Part shown: in pieces, positions 9,810 to 19,204 of the stretch | Numbering within the stretch: the stretch's first letter is position 1 | How the letters are laid out: each line of letters begins with the position of its first letter | Assembly (NCBI GenBank): GCA_965198235.1 | Contig: OZ240248.1 | Coordinates: forward strand, 3,648,001-3,712,000 | Reading direction: 5' to 3' | From: Candidatus Poribacteria bacterium | GTDB lineage: Bacteria > Poribacteria > WGA-4E > WGA-3G | DNA length: 64,000 nt | Made by a program: the position numbers and the translations under genes | Notes under the pieces: generated by a model | Told to the model about the DNA's origin: nothing | The model's database searches: none | What the model saw: the letters and a program-made list of their open reading frames with translations, nothing else

Positions 9810-11867
9810 TTACGGAATAGTTTCATATCTGAGAATCGTTCCGTTTTGGCCAACCACCCATCCGCTATTTCTACTGCTTATGTGGATAGCCTTCAGATCC
9901 GTTTTGGTATCTGTGTGCTGAGGTCTCCAATTTTGCCCGCTGTCCTTTGTATGGAGAACGAGCCCCTCTTTTCCAACAATCCAGCCTTCTGTTTCTGATA
10001 TAAAAAATACATCGTCAAGGAAATTGCGGGTATAACTCTCTTGACGTTGCCATGTTTTCCCGCCATTCTCGGTATGTAGGATTAACCCATCCATACCCAA
10101 ACTGCGTAAATCTAATCCAACGACCCATCCTATCTCTGGCGTGACGAAGGTGACAGCGTCTAAGTAAAAAGATGGATACCGCTGACTGAGAGACGATAAC
10201 TTCCAATTGGCACCGCCGTCAACTGTAGAGAGCATCGTTCCGTTCAGACCGACTGTCCAACCGCGCTGTTTGGAGGTGAAATGAACATCAAAGAGGTTCC
10301 AAGGCGTTCCACTCTTTTGCTGTTGCCATGTTTTCCCACTATTATCTGTGTGAATGATTTCACCACCGCTTCCGACACACCATCCATTTTTTTCGTCTGC
10401 AAAGAAAACACTGAGTAGGTCCTGCTGTGTCCCTGAAACTTGACGTTGCCATACGCTTCCACCGTTTGTGGTATGCAGAACGACACCGGCTTCTGCAACC
10501 GCCCATCCTATTTGTGGGGACACGAAATGGGTCGCGCCAAAACACTCAGTCGTGCGGCTATCTTGCGCGCTCCATACGATCCCTCCATCCTCGGTTCGTA
10601 GAATCGCGCCCCGGTCACCGACAACATATCCTTCATCCGGTGAGATAGCACATACACCCACCAGAAGATGACTCGGACTTGATTGTGATTCCCATGTTAC
10701 ACCCCCATTGCGGGTGTGCAGAATTGTGCCGTTTTCACCGACTGCCCAACCGATTTGTTCTGAGACGAAGTCAACACCCAGCAGGACAGCGTCTGCGCTG
10801 TTGTGAAAGCGGGGACCGCCGCGTTGATGTTTCCATTTTTCTTTTCCACCAGACGAGGTGTGGAGAATCACGCCTAAGTCGCCGACGACCCAGCCATTTT
10901 GGGCATCTACAAAGTCAATATCGTAAAGGGTAAAGGTATGCAACGGCTCATTGCCGAGATAATCGGGTTGACCGTAGGTGCTTTTATGGCGTTCGTTGGT
11001 TCCGTGAGTAACGAATTCCCATGTGTTCCCACCATCGGTTGTTACGAAGACACGCCGCCGGTCACCTACAACCCAACCCGTCTGTTTGTCTATGAAATGG
11101 AGGTTGAACAGGGCGGCTTCCGTCGCGAATTGTACGTCCCAAGTTTCTCCGCCATCGGTTGTACGATAGATGTAGCCAGCGTTTCCCGAATTTGTTTCGG
11201 AGGTCACGCGATCACGATCATCGTGATGGCGTGCCTCCGCAGATGTCGGTGTGTTATAGGTAACGATCCATCCCTGATTTGCGTCTACAAAATGGATCCC
11301 TTTCAATGACTTGCCGTCGAACACCTTTCCATCAATCTTTGTGAACGTCTGTCCGCTGTCGGTCGTTTTTAGCACTGTGCCCCAGTCACCAACAATCCAG
11401 CCTGTACCTTCGCGTATAAAAAGGTCATGCAGATTATTTTCCGTGCCGGTTCCAATGTGCTGCCATGTCTGTCCGCCATCTGTCGTCCGGATCAGAACGC
11501 CGCCTTCACCTATACACCAGCCTTCTAACGCCGAACGAAAATACACATTTCGCAGAGGTTTGTTGAAAACGCTACTGCTCTGTCTGTGCCATGTGTGTCC
11601 ACCGTTGTTTGTGTGGATGATAAGGCTTTCCGCACCCTCGCCGGGGTCGGCTCCAGGCGTTATGTCTACAGGGTTACCAACTGCCCAACCCTGTTTTTCA
11701 GAAATGAAATGGACATCGTATAGGTGTGAAGTCCAATCGCCTTCCATGACGGTTTTCCATCTATATCGGGTCTGTTCCTTAGACGTTATATCTTCACATC
11801 CGATTATAAATAATGCAGTGATGAGAACAACAGACACGGAGAGAGCACGCGAATAACGTTGCAGCAT
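9810..11867 (-). CDS. YCF48/BNR (Asp-box) repeat beta-propeller lipoprotein
   Basis: Many repeats of GWxVGxxGxIxHTxDGGxTW; lipobox FIIGC; start placed at ATG 11867, just after dapB stop. Confidence 0.85.
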   Translation of the reverse strand: MLQRYSRALSVSVVLITALFIIGCEDITSKEQTRYRWKTVMEGDWTSHLYDVHFISEKQGWAVGNPVDITPGADPGEGAESLIIHTNNGGHTWHRQSSSVFNKPLRNVYFRSALEGWCIGEGGVLIRTTDGGQTWQHIGTGTENNLHDLFIREGTGWIVGDWGTVLKTTDSGQTFTKIDGKVFDGKSLKGIHFVDANQGWIVTYNTPTSAEARHHDDRDRVTSETNSGNAGYIYRTTDGGETWDVQFATEAALFNLHFIDKQTGWVVGDRRRVFVTTDGGNTWEFVTHGTNERHKSTYGQPDYLGNEPLHTFTLYDIDFVDAQNGWVVGDLGVILHTSSGGKEKWKHQRGGPRFHNSADAVLLGVDFVSEQIGWAVGENGTILHTRNGGVTWESQSSPSHLLVGVCAISPDEGYVVGDRGAILRTEDGGIVWSAQDSRTTECFGATHFVSPQIGWAVAEAGVVLHTTNGGSVWQRQVSGTQQDLLSVFFADEKNGWCVGSGGEIIHTDNSGKTWQQQKSGTPWNLFDVHFTSKQRGWTVGLNGTMLSTVDGGANWKLSSLSQRYPSFYLDAVTFVTPEIGWVVGLDLRSLGMDGLILHTENGGKTWQRQESYTRNFLDDVFFISETEGWIVGKEGLVLHTKDSGQNWRPQHTDTKTDLKAIHISSRNSGWVVGQNGTILRYETIP

Positions 11868-11871
11868 CCAA

Positions 11872-12687
11872 TTAGTCGTGCTTTTGGGAATGAAACAGGA
11901 CTTCGCTGACATCGTGTAATCCTTTAGGAGCGTCGATTACCCATTTCGCTGCGCGGATTGCACCTTTGGCGAAAGCCTCTGGGCTATGCGCTCGATGAAC
12001 CACACTTAATTGCTCACCTTCGGTTGCGAACAGCACCGTGTGATCGCCTGCAATGTCACCGCCTCGGACTGCATGGATGCCGATCTGTTTCTTGGGTCTC
12101 GCGCCAACGATGCCGTGTCTGCCGTAAACACCCACCTCATCTAAATCGCGCCCTAATGCCGTAGCAACCGTCTCCGCTAAGCGGAGTGCGGTACCGCTCG
12201 GCGAATCTGCTTTGTGATTGTGATGCGCCTCTATTACTTCAATATCGTAGTCGTCCCCGAGGGCTTTGGCAATTAATTCCAAGGCTTGGATCATCACATT
12301 GACACCGAGGCTCATGTTCGGTGCCATTACGCAACGGATCTGTGATGCGAGTTCCCTGACAGTCGCAAGTTCATCAGGTTCAAACCCTGTTGTCGCGATT
12401 ACCATCGCTTTGTCGGCATTGACGACTTCTCGGAGGTGTTGCAAGGTTGCCTCAGGTTTCGAGAATTCGATGACGACATCTGCGCTTTCAAGCACATCCT
12501 CAAGGTTGCCTGTGACGGCTACCCCTATTTCTCCGATACCGGCGACAACACCCGCATCACTCCCGATCTGTGGATGTTCAGCGAATTCAATCGCTCCGAC
12601 AATTTCCATATCGGCTTGTTCGGAAACGCCTCGGATAATGAGCCGTCCCATACGGCCACATGCCCCATTAATAATTACACGAATCAT
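11872..12687 (-). CDS. dapB: 4-hydroxy-tetrahydrodipicolinate reductase
   Basis: GACGRMG, ATTG, APNMSLGVN, EAHHNHKADSPSGTA. Confidence 0.97.
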   Translation of the reverse strand: MIRVIINGACGRMGRLIIRGVSEQADMEIVGAIEFAEHPQIGSDAGVVAGIGEIGVAVTGNLEDVLESADVVIEFSKPEATLQHLREVVNADKAMVIATTGFEPDELATVRELASQIRCVMAPNMSLGVNVMIQALELIAKALGDDYDIEVIEAHHNHKADSPSGTALRLAETVATALGRDLDEVGVYGRHGIVGARPKKQIGIHAVRGGDIAGDHTVLFATEGEQLSVVHRAHSPEAFAKGAIRAAKWVIDAPKGLHDVSEVLFHSQKHD

Positions 12688-12900
12688 TTTTTAAACTATT
12701 AACCTCCGAGCACCGCTCCACTACGTTTCGCGGTGGTTTTCGACGAAATCTAACCGCCTCTGGGTTACGAGCGGTAGTAGGGAATTTCTCAGGTTTTAGG
12801 TTCTTCTACCCTCTTAAAAGACCCTACATCTCCCAAGTCGCGTCAAAACTTATCAGAAACCTGCCCGAAACGTAGTGGAGGGCAGCCCAGAGGCCCATAA

Positions 12901-13821
12901 TTAAAGAAGTGTGAACAGATACGCCAAAAGGTCGTCCATCTGCTTGACTGAGAGAATATCTGCGAAGTTTTCAGGCATAACACCTGCTTGTGGGACGCTG
13001 GTACTCCGCAAATCCTTTTTAAAGTAAGTTGTCCACAACTTCCCGGAATCGTCGAGTATCTGCACTGTTTCAGTGTCTTCTCTGTCTCTGTGATCGTATT
13101 GATAACGTTTCTTACCCGTGATTTCCTTTCCATCCTTAGTGAAGATGGTAATCATCTCATATTCAGGCGCGATATAGGCGCGCGGATTAAGGATGGACTC
13201 GACAATGAATTGAGGCGCGCGCGTGCGAGCAACATAAGTCGTATCGGGACCTATTTCGCTGCCGGTACCGGTGGCACCTCTCCCGTGAACTGTGTGACAC
13301 TTACCGCACGCGTAACCTTCCGAGAAAAAAATGGCTTCTCCTGCTTTGGCATCGCCTTTCATGTAAGGGCTCCAGTCCTGAGTAGGCTTTATTTCCTCCA
13401 AAGAGACCCCTGCCGCTTTTGCTTGTTCCGAGCGAACGTAGCCGACAATCATGTTGATCGCCTCATCAGAAAGTTTGCCGCCAAACTTTTGCATCTGGGT
13501 CCCTGGAAGTCCGTTGAATACGGTCTGGAAAATGCCGTCATCTGTCCATCCGTAGAGCCATTGCGGTTTAAAGAGATCGGGTGCTTTGCCACCACGTGTC
13601 TGTTGGGCGTGACAACCCCAACACATCAAACGGAAGTAGAACGCGCCATCAATAACGTCTTCTTCATAATTAATGTCTCTCGGTGCTGCGGGGGCAATAT
13701 CCACCTCTAAGTCCTGGGCATTTACGAGCGAAAAAAAGAAGAGGCTTACACCCAGAAAGAGGAGGAAAATGCGCCACGTTATTCGGACGGTAGAAGTTGT
13801 AACGCGGGTAGAATACATCAT
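12901..13821 (-). CDS. Periplasmic di-heme c-type cytochrome (probable acceptor for the PQQ dehydrogenase)
   Basis: Signal peptide, CWGCH and CGKCH heme motifs, GLPGTQM; overlaps upstream gene by ATGA. Confidence 0.85.
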   Translation of the reverse strand: MMYSTRVTTSTVRITWRIFLLFLGVSLFFFSLVNAQDLEVDIAPAAPRDINYEEDVIDGAFYFRLMCWGCHAQQTRGGKAPDLFKPQWLYGWTDDGIFQTVFNGLPGTQMQKFGGKLSDEAINMIVGYVRSEQAKAAGVSLEEIKPTQDWSPYMKGDAKAGEAIFFSEGYACGKCHTVHGRGATGTGSEIGPDTTYVARTRAPQFIVESILNPRAYIAPEYEMITIFTKDGKEITGKKRYQYDHRDREDTETVQILDDSGKLWTTYFKKDLRSTSVPQAGVMPENFADILSVKQMDDLLAYLFTLL

Positions 13822-14693
13822 TTCTGTTCATCCTCCTGAAACGGAGCGAAGTAAGGCAAATGATACTTCTCACAGAGTTCTTTAAGTTTTTCCTCACTCC
13901 ATTTCTGTTCGATAATTGTGTTAACGACATCTTGAAGTTCGCGTGTTTCTCGTGTTGGTGTATCTTTGCTAAAAGCGATAGCGACATTCCAACGGAGACG
14001 AGCTTCAGGAACGAATCCTTCGACAATCTCTAATTCAGGGTAAGCAGTGTCTGTCTGTTCTGCTTGCTGAATTCGGGAACCTTTTTCGATCAGCCACCCA
14101 ATATTTGACCAGACATATCCGTAAGCGATTTGTCCGTTCTGGAGGGCATCCAGGACAGCGATTTGTGAGCGATAAACGCGACGGTTATATCCCATCTGTC
14201 GCAGGACATCGCTTGCGATAGAACCCGCTTCTGTCCCAATCGTTTCTAACTTAAGGTCTTCCAGTGTTTTAGGTGATTCTGAGTTGCTTTTCCGCTTTAC
14301 CAATACATAGCCGGTGCCGTAAAAGGGTTTAGAGAAGTCAACGCGTTTCCCTAATTGGATTGATTCACTCATGGCGCGCTCCTCAATCGGAACCCCGATC
14401 ACACAGTCGCAATGTCCGCGTATCATGTCAGCAAGTAGACTATCACGGAGGGTGTTAAGCCAGTGGAGTTCTAACTTAACACCGAGTTCCTTTGCCAGTA
14501 GATGTGCTATCTCAACGTATAATCCGGGAAGTTCCGGGTCTGCATTGGAGTAAGGCAGATTTCGGACATCCATACAGACCGTTAAGACACCCTTTGCCCG
14601 AATTTCTTCCAAGGCACTATCAGCGTTTGCGTTGTGTAGCATCAAAATGGGCAATATGAGAAGCGCGATTCCAAAAGTGATATAGTGTTTCAA
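13818..14693 (-). CDS. MxaJ/XoxJ-like periplasmic substrate-binding protein
   Basis: LTVCMDVRNLPYSN, CDCVIGVP, SKPFY; lies between PQQ dehydrogenase and cytochrome c. Confidence 0.85.
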   Translation of the reverse strand: MKHYITFGIALLILPILMLHNANADSALEEIRAKGVLTVCMDVRNLPYSNADPELPGLYVEIAHLLAKELGVKLELHWLNTLRDSLLADMIRGHCDCVIGVPIEERAMSESIQLGKRVDFSKPFYGTGYVLVKRKSNSESPKTLEDLKLETIGTEAGSIASDVLRQMGYNRRVYRSQIAVLDALQNGQIAYGYVWSNIGWLIEKGSRIQQAEQTDTAYPELEIVEGFVPEARLRWNVAIAFSKDTPTRETRELQDVVNTIIEQKWSEEKLKELCEKYHLPYFAPFQEDEQK

Positions 14694-14724
14694 GGTTGCT
14701 ATCTCCTTGTGTTAATAACGAACA

Positions 14725-16449
14725 TTATTCAAAGAGCGCGAACACAAAGAGGGTTCCGCCTTGGCGAGCATTAACTTCAGCATATTTCACAGCACCTGAC
14801 GCTATTGCAACGTATTGGACCCCATCGAGTTGATAGGTAATCGGGGGCGCGAGAACACCGGAGCCGGTCTGGAAATCCCAAAGTACTTCCCCGGTTTCTG
14901 CCGATAGTGCCATAAATCTTCCCTCTAAATCACCAGCAAAAACGAGACCTCCTGCTGTTGTGAGGCATCCGCCCCATTGTGGGAAGTTCGTTTTGTGTCG
15001 CCATTTAACCTCGCCTGTAGAGATATCGATTGCGCTGATATGTCCCCACATCATCATGTCGCCGGCTTCGTCTTTCTCTGCTGTCATACCGCTTCCCACG
15101 TAGGGCAATCCTTTTATGTAGAAAACGCGTCCTTGATGATAGGAGCCACAGAGTTCCAGCGAAGGGACATAGAGGTAATTTGTGAGCGGATTATAGGCTG
15201 AGGGGGGCCAGTTTTTTCCGCCTTCAACGCCGGGACAGACGCGAATCGTGCCTTCTTCTGAAGTAGATACTCCGGGTAAGACGGTAGGACGACCGTTTTC
15301 ATCGAGTCCCGCGGACCAGTTCGTTTCGCAGTAAGTGCTCGCATATAGAAATTTTCCGTTGGTTCTATCAAGCACATAAAAATAGCCGTTGCGATTCGCT
15401 TGCATCAGTGCTTTGACCGGTGCTCCGTCAATTTCCATATCAATCAATACCGGTTCACTCACGCCGTCCCAATCCCACAGATCGTGGGGTGTCGCTTGAA
15501 AGTACCATTTGAGTTTTCCTGTATCGGCATCCAACGCAACGATACAGTCGGTATAGAGGTTGTCGCCTCTCCGGACAGCACCGTTCCAGTCTGGTGCGGG
15601 ATTGCCCGTTCCCCAGTAGACGAGATTCAATTCCGGGTCGTACGAACCTGTGACCCAGGCGGATCCGCCCCCTGTCATCCATGAATCGCCTTCCCATGTA
15701 TCACCACCGGGTTCGTCTTTTGAAGGGACGGTGTAAAATCTCCATGCCTGTTCACCGGTTTCAGCGTAATACGCATCAATGTAGCCTCGGATGCCGTATT
15801 CCGCGCCTGATATACCGACAATCACTTTATCTTTGACGACTAAAGGAGCGACAGTAAGGGATTCAGCGTTAGTGGGATCGCCGACAATTCTGTCCCATAG
15901 GACCCTGCCGGTTTTGGCATCCAAGGCGAGGAGATGTGCGTCAAGCGTTACCCAAAAGATTGTATCGCCTAAGATGGCAGCTCCGCGGTTCACCATGCCG
16001 CAGCAAATAGCTAAACCGTCGGGGAGTTCATAATCGTACCGCCATATTTCCTTACCCGTTCTTGCGTCCACAGCATAGATAGTACTATAAGGGGTCGTGA
16101 TGAACATTACACCATTGACGACAAGTGGGGTGCATTCAAACTTATCATAAGGGGTTCCAATTTGAAACGCCCATTTCGGGACGAGTTTTTTGACGTTTTC
16201 AGTGTTAACCTTTGTGAGTTGACTGTATCGCCAACTTTTGTAATCCCGTCCATACATCAGCCAGCTCTCAGGGTCGTCTTGCGATGAGAGTAACATCTCG
16301 TTCGTAACGGGTTGGATATCCGTTCCGGTGCCGGCTGTGATGGTGCTTGGCATCGCAGCAAGTGCTAAACTTACGACGAAAATAACGAAACTTATTCGCT
16401 TTATCTGTAAACAGTAACTTGCCATTTCAGAAAAGATGTGCCTGTTCAT
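14725..16449 (-). CDS. PQQ-dependent alcohol dehydrogenase (methanol/ethanol family), probably lanthanide-dependent
   Basis: Signal peptide; vicinal ICCG; GAEYGIRG; WGTGNPAP; TPHDLWDWDGVSE; RBS GGAGG. Confidence 0.92.
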   Translation of the reverse strand: MNRHIFSEMASYCLQIKRISFVIFVVSLALAAMPSTITAGTGTDIQPVTNEMLLSSQDDPESWLMYGRDYKSWRYSQLTKVNTENVKKLVPKWAFQIGTPYDKFECTPLVVNGVMFITTPYSTIYAVDARTGKEIWRYDYELPDGLAICCGMVNRGAAILGDTIFWVTLDAHLLALDAKTGRVLWDRIVGDPTNAESLTVAPLVVKDKVIVGISGAEYGIRGYIDAYYAETGEQAWRFYTVPSKDEPGGDTWEGDSWMTGGGSAWVTGSYDPELNLVYWGTGNPAPDWNGAVRRGDNLYTDCIVALDADTGKLKWYFQATPHDLWDWDGVSEPVLIDMEIDGAPVKALMQANRNGYFYVLDRTNGKFLYASTYCETNWSAGLDENGRPTVLPGVSTSEEGTIRVCPGVEGGKNWPPSAYNPLTNYLYVPSLELCGSYHQGRVFYIKGLPYVGSGMTAEKDEAGDMMMWGHISAIDISTGEVKWRHKTNFPQWGGCLTTAGGLVFAGDLEGRFMALSAETGEVLWDFQTGSGVLAPPITYQLDGVQYVAIASGAVKYAEVNARQGGTLFVFALFE

Positions 16450-16479
16450 ATTCCTCCTCCTTGTTCTGATGAAATTCCA

Positions 16480-16601
16480 TGGGACTTACGCATGTTGCTC
16501 TTTTGTAGCATAAACTGTTAGTTTGTGCCTAAGACGGTCTGTGTTTTTTCGAGCATCCCTACCTAACAGAGCGTGCTACCGTCAAAATTGCGTAAGTCCT
16601 A
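16480..16601. mobile_element. MITE, YAGGACTTACGCA family, copy 1
   Basis: TIRs TGGGACTTACGCA / TGCGTAAGTCCTA; TTCCA directly repeated at 16475-16479 and 16602-16606. Confidence 0.8.
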
Positions 16602-16796
16602 TTCCAATTGCTTACCGCTTTAGAAACCGTGTTATAGAGAAAACGCGAGGTATTATCCTATAGTGCAAATTCCATGCTTCAAGCATTAGTTTACCAAAAA
16701 TCGGATTTAATGTAAAGTCTGAAAATTCGAGTGAGTGTGTAAGTATTTTGTCAAAGAGGAGGAGTGTGGGGTAATTTGAGTGGATGTTATTTTTTG

Positions 16797-16893
16797 TCTG
16801 AATCGCGGATTGTCGCGGATTACACGGATGACGCGGATTTTATATTAGCCGTATTGTGCTTATCTTCTTGTAGGAGCGAGCTGTGCTCGCGAC
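16797..16893. repeat. GTCTGAATC-(CGCGGATT)n nonamer-type repeat plus GTAG-REP
   Basis: gtctgaatcgcggattgtcgcggattacacggatgacgcggatt; related copies at about 18961, 22887, 23243-23286 (inverted), 30137-30162 (inverted) and 40790; REP gtaggagcgagctgtgctcgcga also at about 23045. Confidence 0.75.
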
Positions 16894-16926
16894 TTCCATA
16901 CCCTTCAACTTTGACGTGACACAGCA

Positions 16927-18894
16927 CTACTCTTTCATTTTCAGGGCTGCCCATGTCGTCGTCAACCTATTCTTCGGATTCACCGGCTTCGCGTCGACGA
17001 GTCGGACCAATGCTTCGGAGATGACATCGGCAAGCGGGAGACCATCTCCCAAAATCTCTTTAACATCCTGCGATCGATAGAAACCGAGGATCGTTCCGTT
17101 CTCCTCATCAAATAGAACAGAACCTTCCGAGACGCTGTTCGCAGGTCCACACGTGTGCTGCCAGAGATCCAATGCTCCCAATCCTGCATGCGGCACAGAG
17201 ACACACCCTCGCACTCGAAGCGGAAGATTCAACGCCTCACCCTGATCTGCTCCTTTCAACATAATATCTAATCCAAACTTATACGTCAACAACTCCACAT
17301 CTATTTCCCTCAGGTTTGAATACGATGACAACTCCAGGGGTGCATACCCCGAAAAGTCCATGTCTCTGATTGCCAAAAGCACGCTACCCGTCTCACCATT
17401 CCCACTCGCAAAGGCAGCGACCTCCCTAACCTTGACATCCTCGGCAACCAACCCCTCATAACCCACCAGAGAGGTGTCATCTCGGTCAAGATACTTCCCT
17501 ATGCTATTTTCCTCGCGTTGCTGTGCGATGAACAGCGCATCCCCACCCAGCACGGTTCCGAGATACCCAACATGGAAAAGCATCGGTTGGTTGGGACGCG
17601 GCACGAGCAGATAAAACACAGAACGATAATTCGCAATCGAGGTCGCGTCTATCTCCCGCCACGCAGCTTCGTTTTGCGCCTGCTCCAAAAGCAACGCTAC
17701 GATATCCTTGTGCTTCTGCGTCTCTGCCTCCTTCAACGGTGTGTTGCCACCCGCACCCCTGATATTCACATCAACCGATTTGTGCTTGACAAGCCGTTCC
17801 GCTGCACCGTAAGACCCACGCGTCGCCGCCCAAAACAATGCCGTGCTACCCGCAGCATCTCTCACATTCACATCTATGTCCCTATGAGACAGAAGTTTAT
17901 CCACCAACTTTGGATACCCTTTCATCGCCGCATAGTGCAGTGCTGTTGCTCCACTGCTGTCTCTGGCATTAACATCCGTCTTCTCGTCCTCATCAATTAC
18001 TGTAGTGGCAAGCCATTCGTTTCCATGTTTGATTTCAAAGATAAGCGGAGACTTCGGACGACACCCATCGGGCGATGTCTCTAACTCATAATCAGGGAAG
18101 ATACAATCCTCTAATGGGAGATTTTCGTGATAGAATTTGTAGAGCCAGACGATACCGTTGGCATCGTCCTCAGTTACCCGTGTGGGGACAGGGTGTATAA
18201 CGCCGAGACCCGACATAACCGAAGCGGGTTGATGACCGATAGTTCTATCCAGTCCTCCCCTACTGACTCTTAATTCTTCCGCCTCTCGCCTCAGTATGAT
18301 ATACGTGTCCAGCAAACCGAAGGCGTGACCGAGCTCGTGCAGAATATGAAAAGCAAATTTTGGAGTTACGTCTGTGCCTTGGCGTATATTAAGTGCTGGG
18401 GGGATCGCCATATCCACCCCTACCAACGCACCTGATCGCTCAAAATGGCAGTAGAAAGTGATCACTAGATCATTTAACCTGTTTTCAGCCTTGTTTTTGG
18501 GATCCAAGTTCCGCACAAAGCGAAAGTCAGAGACGACGGGCTTGCCGGTATTCAAGTCCCGGACGGGTTGTAGCCATGCGTTCAAGGCTTGGGTGATGAC
18601 TGCCTCTATCGCCTCACCGTTGTTTCTCGCCTCCGGTGGACAGACACCCCCTTCACCCCATTCAGGACCGACGTATGCATAGCCAATCACCCACTGATCC
18701 TTATGCACCCTGCGGATGAGGTTGTTGAGCTTTCGCTTGAGATGCTCCGGGATTCTATGGTCACCCGCGATAAAGCCGTCCGCTGTGGGGGCACTGCTGA
18801 ACAACACGCCTATCGCCACCGCAAGTGTCAGGAGAATCTGCGCGCCCTGTAGGCGGGATTTGTAATCCCGATGCTTCTTTTTCATGAGTAGCAT
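16927..18894 (-). CDS. Secreted metzincin metallopeptidase - ankyrin x3 - degenerate trypsin-like domain - C-terminal tail (paralog P1)
   Basis: HELGHAFGLLD + Met-turn SVMS; DVNARDSSGATALHYAA repeats; HTCGPANSVSEGSVLFD; PVNPKNRLTTTWAALK. Confidence 0.85.
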   Translation of the reverse strand: MLLMKKKHRDYKSRLQGAQILLTLAVAIGVLFSSAPTADGFIAGDHRIPEHLKRKLNNLIRRVHKDQWVIGYAYVGPEWGEGGVCPPEARNNGEAIEAVITQALNAWLQPVRDLNTGKPVVSDFRFVRNLDPKNKAENRLNDLVITFYCHFERSGALVGVDMAIPPALNIRQGTDVTPKFAFHILHELGHAFGLLDTYIILRREAEELRVSRGGLDRTIGHQPASVMSGLGVIHPVPTRVTEDDANGIVWLYKFYHENLPLEDCIFPDYELETSPDGCRPKSPLIFEIKHGNEWLATTVIDEDEKTDVNARDSSGATALHYAAMKGYPKLVDKLLSHRDIDVNVRDAAGSTALFWAATRGSYGAAERLVKHKSVDVNIRGAGGNTPLKEAETQKHKDIVALLLEQAQNEAAWREIDATSIANYRSVFYLLVPRPNQPMLFHVGYLGTVLGGDALFIAQQREENSIGKYLDRDDTSLVGYEGLVAEDVKVREVAAFASGNGETGSVLLAIRDMDFSGYAPLELSSYSNLREIDVELLTYKFGLDIMLKGADQGEALNLPLRVRGCVSVPHAGLGALDLWQHTCGPANSVSEGSVLFDEENGTILGFYRSQDVKEILGDGLPLADVISEALVRLVDAKPVNPKNRLTTTWAALKMKE

Positions 18895-18990
18895 ACTCTC
18901 TTTTGTCTCCTGTGTGCTATCGGTTATCGGTTATCGGTTATTAGTTGTCAGTTGTTAATCGTCTGAATCGCGGATGACGCGGATTTTAAG

Positions 18991-19180
18991 AGGGAGTCGG
19001 GATTCGGAGATCGCTCCTACAGCGGAGAGGAACGTCCCTCCGACTGAGGACGGGGGCAGTTCACGCGTTAAGGGAGTCGGGATTCGGAGATCGCTCCTAC
19101 AGCGGAGAGGAACGTCCCTCCGACTGAGGACGGGGGCAGTTCACGCGTTGAGAGAGTCGGGATTCGGAGATCCCTCCTAC
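18991..19180. repeat. 80-bp tandem repeat (about 2.4 copies) containing a GTAG-REP
   Basis: Units start at 18991, 19071 and 19151; each carries tcgggattcggagatc(g/c)ctcctac. Confidence 0.9.
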
Positions 19181-19204
19181 AAGGAGATAACCGTCGGCTT
19201 CCGT

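Noticed and set aside
9810-11867. Photosynthesis gene (YCF48)
   Set aside because: It is a generic BNR propeller widespread in non-phototrophs, and there are no photosystem genes in the window.
12988-13710. Long antisense ORFs (also 51434-52240, 60408-61142, 17518-18084)
   Set aside because: These are shadow frames opposite well-supported genes and carry no motifs.
16661-16685. Sigma54 promoter for the PQQ operon (AAGCATGGAATTTGCA, minus strand)
   Set aside because: The invariant GG at -24 is missing; a sigma70-like TTTACA-N17-TAAACT lies just upstream.
18991-19180. Possible CRISPR array (about 30-bp repeat x3)
   Set aside because: The two intervening segments are essentially identical, so this is an 80-bp tandem duplication of a REP unit; there are no cas genes.
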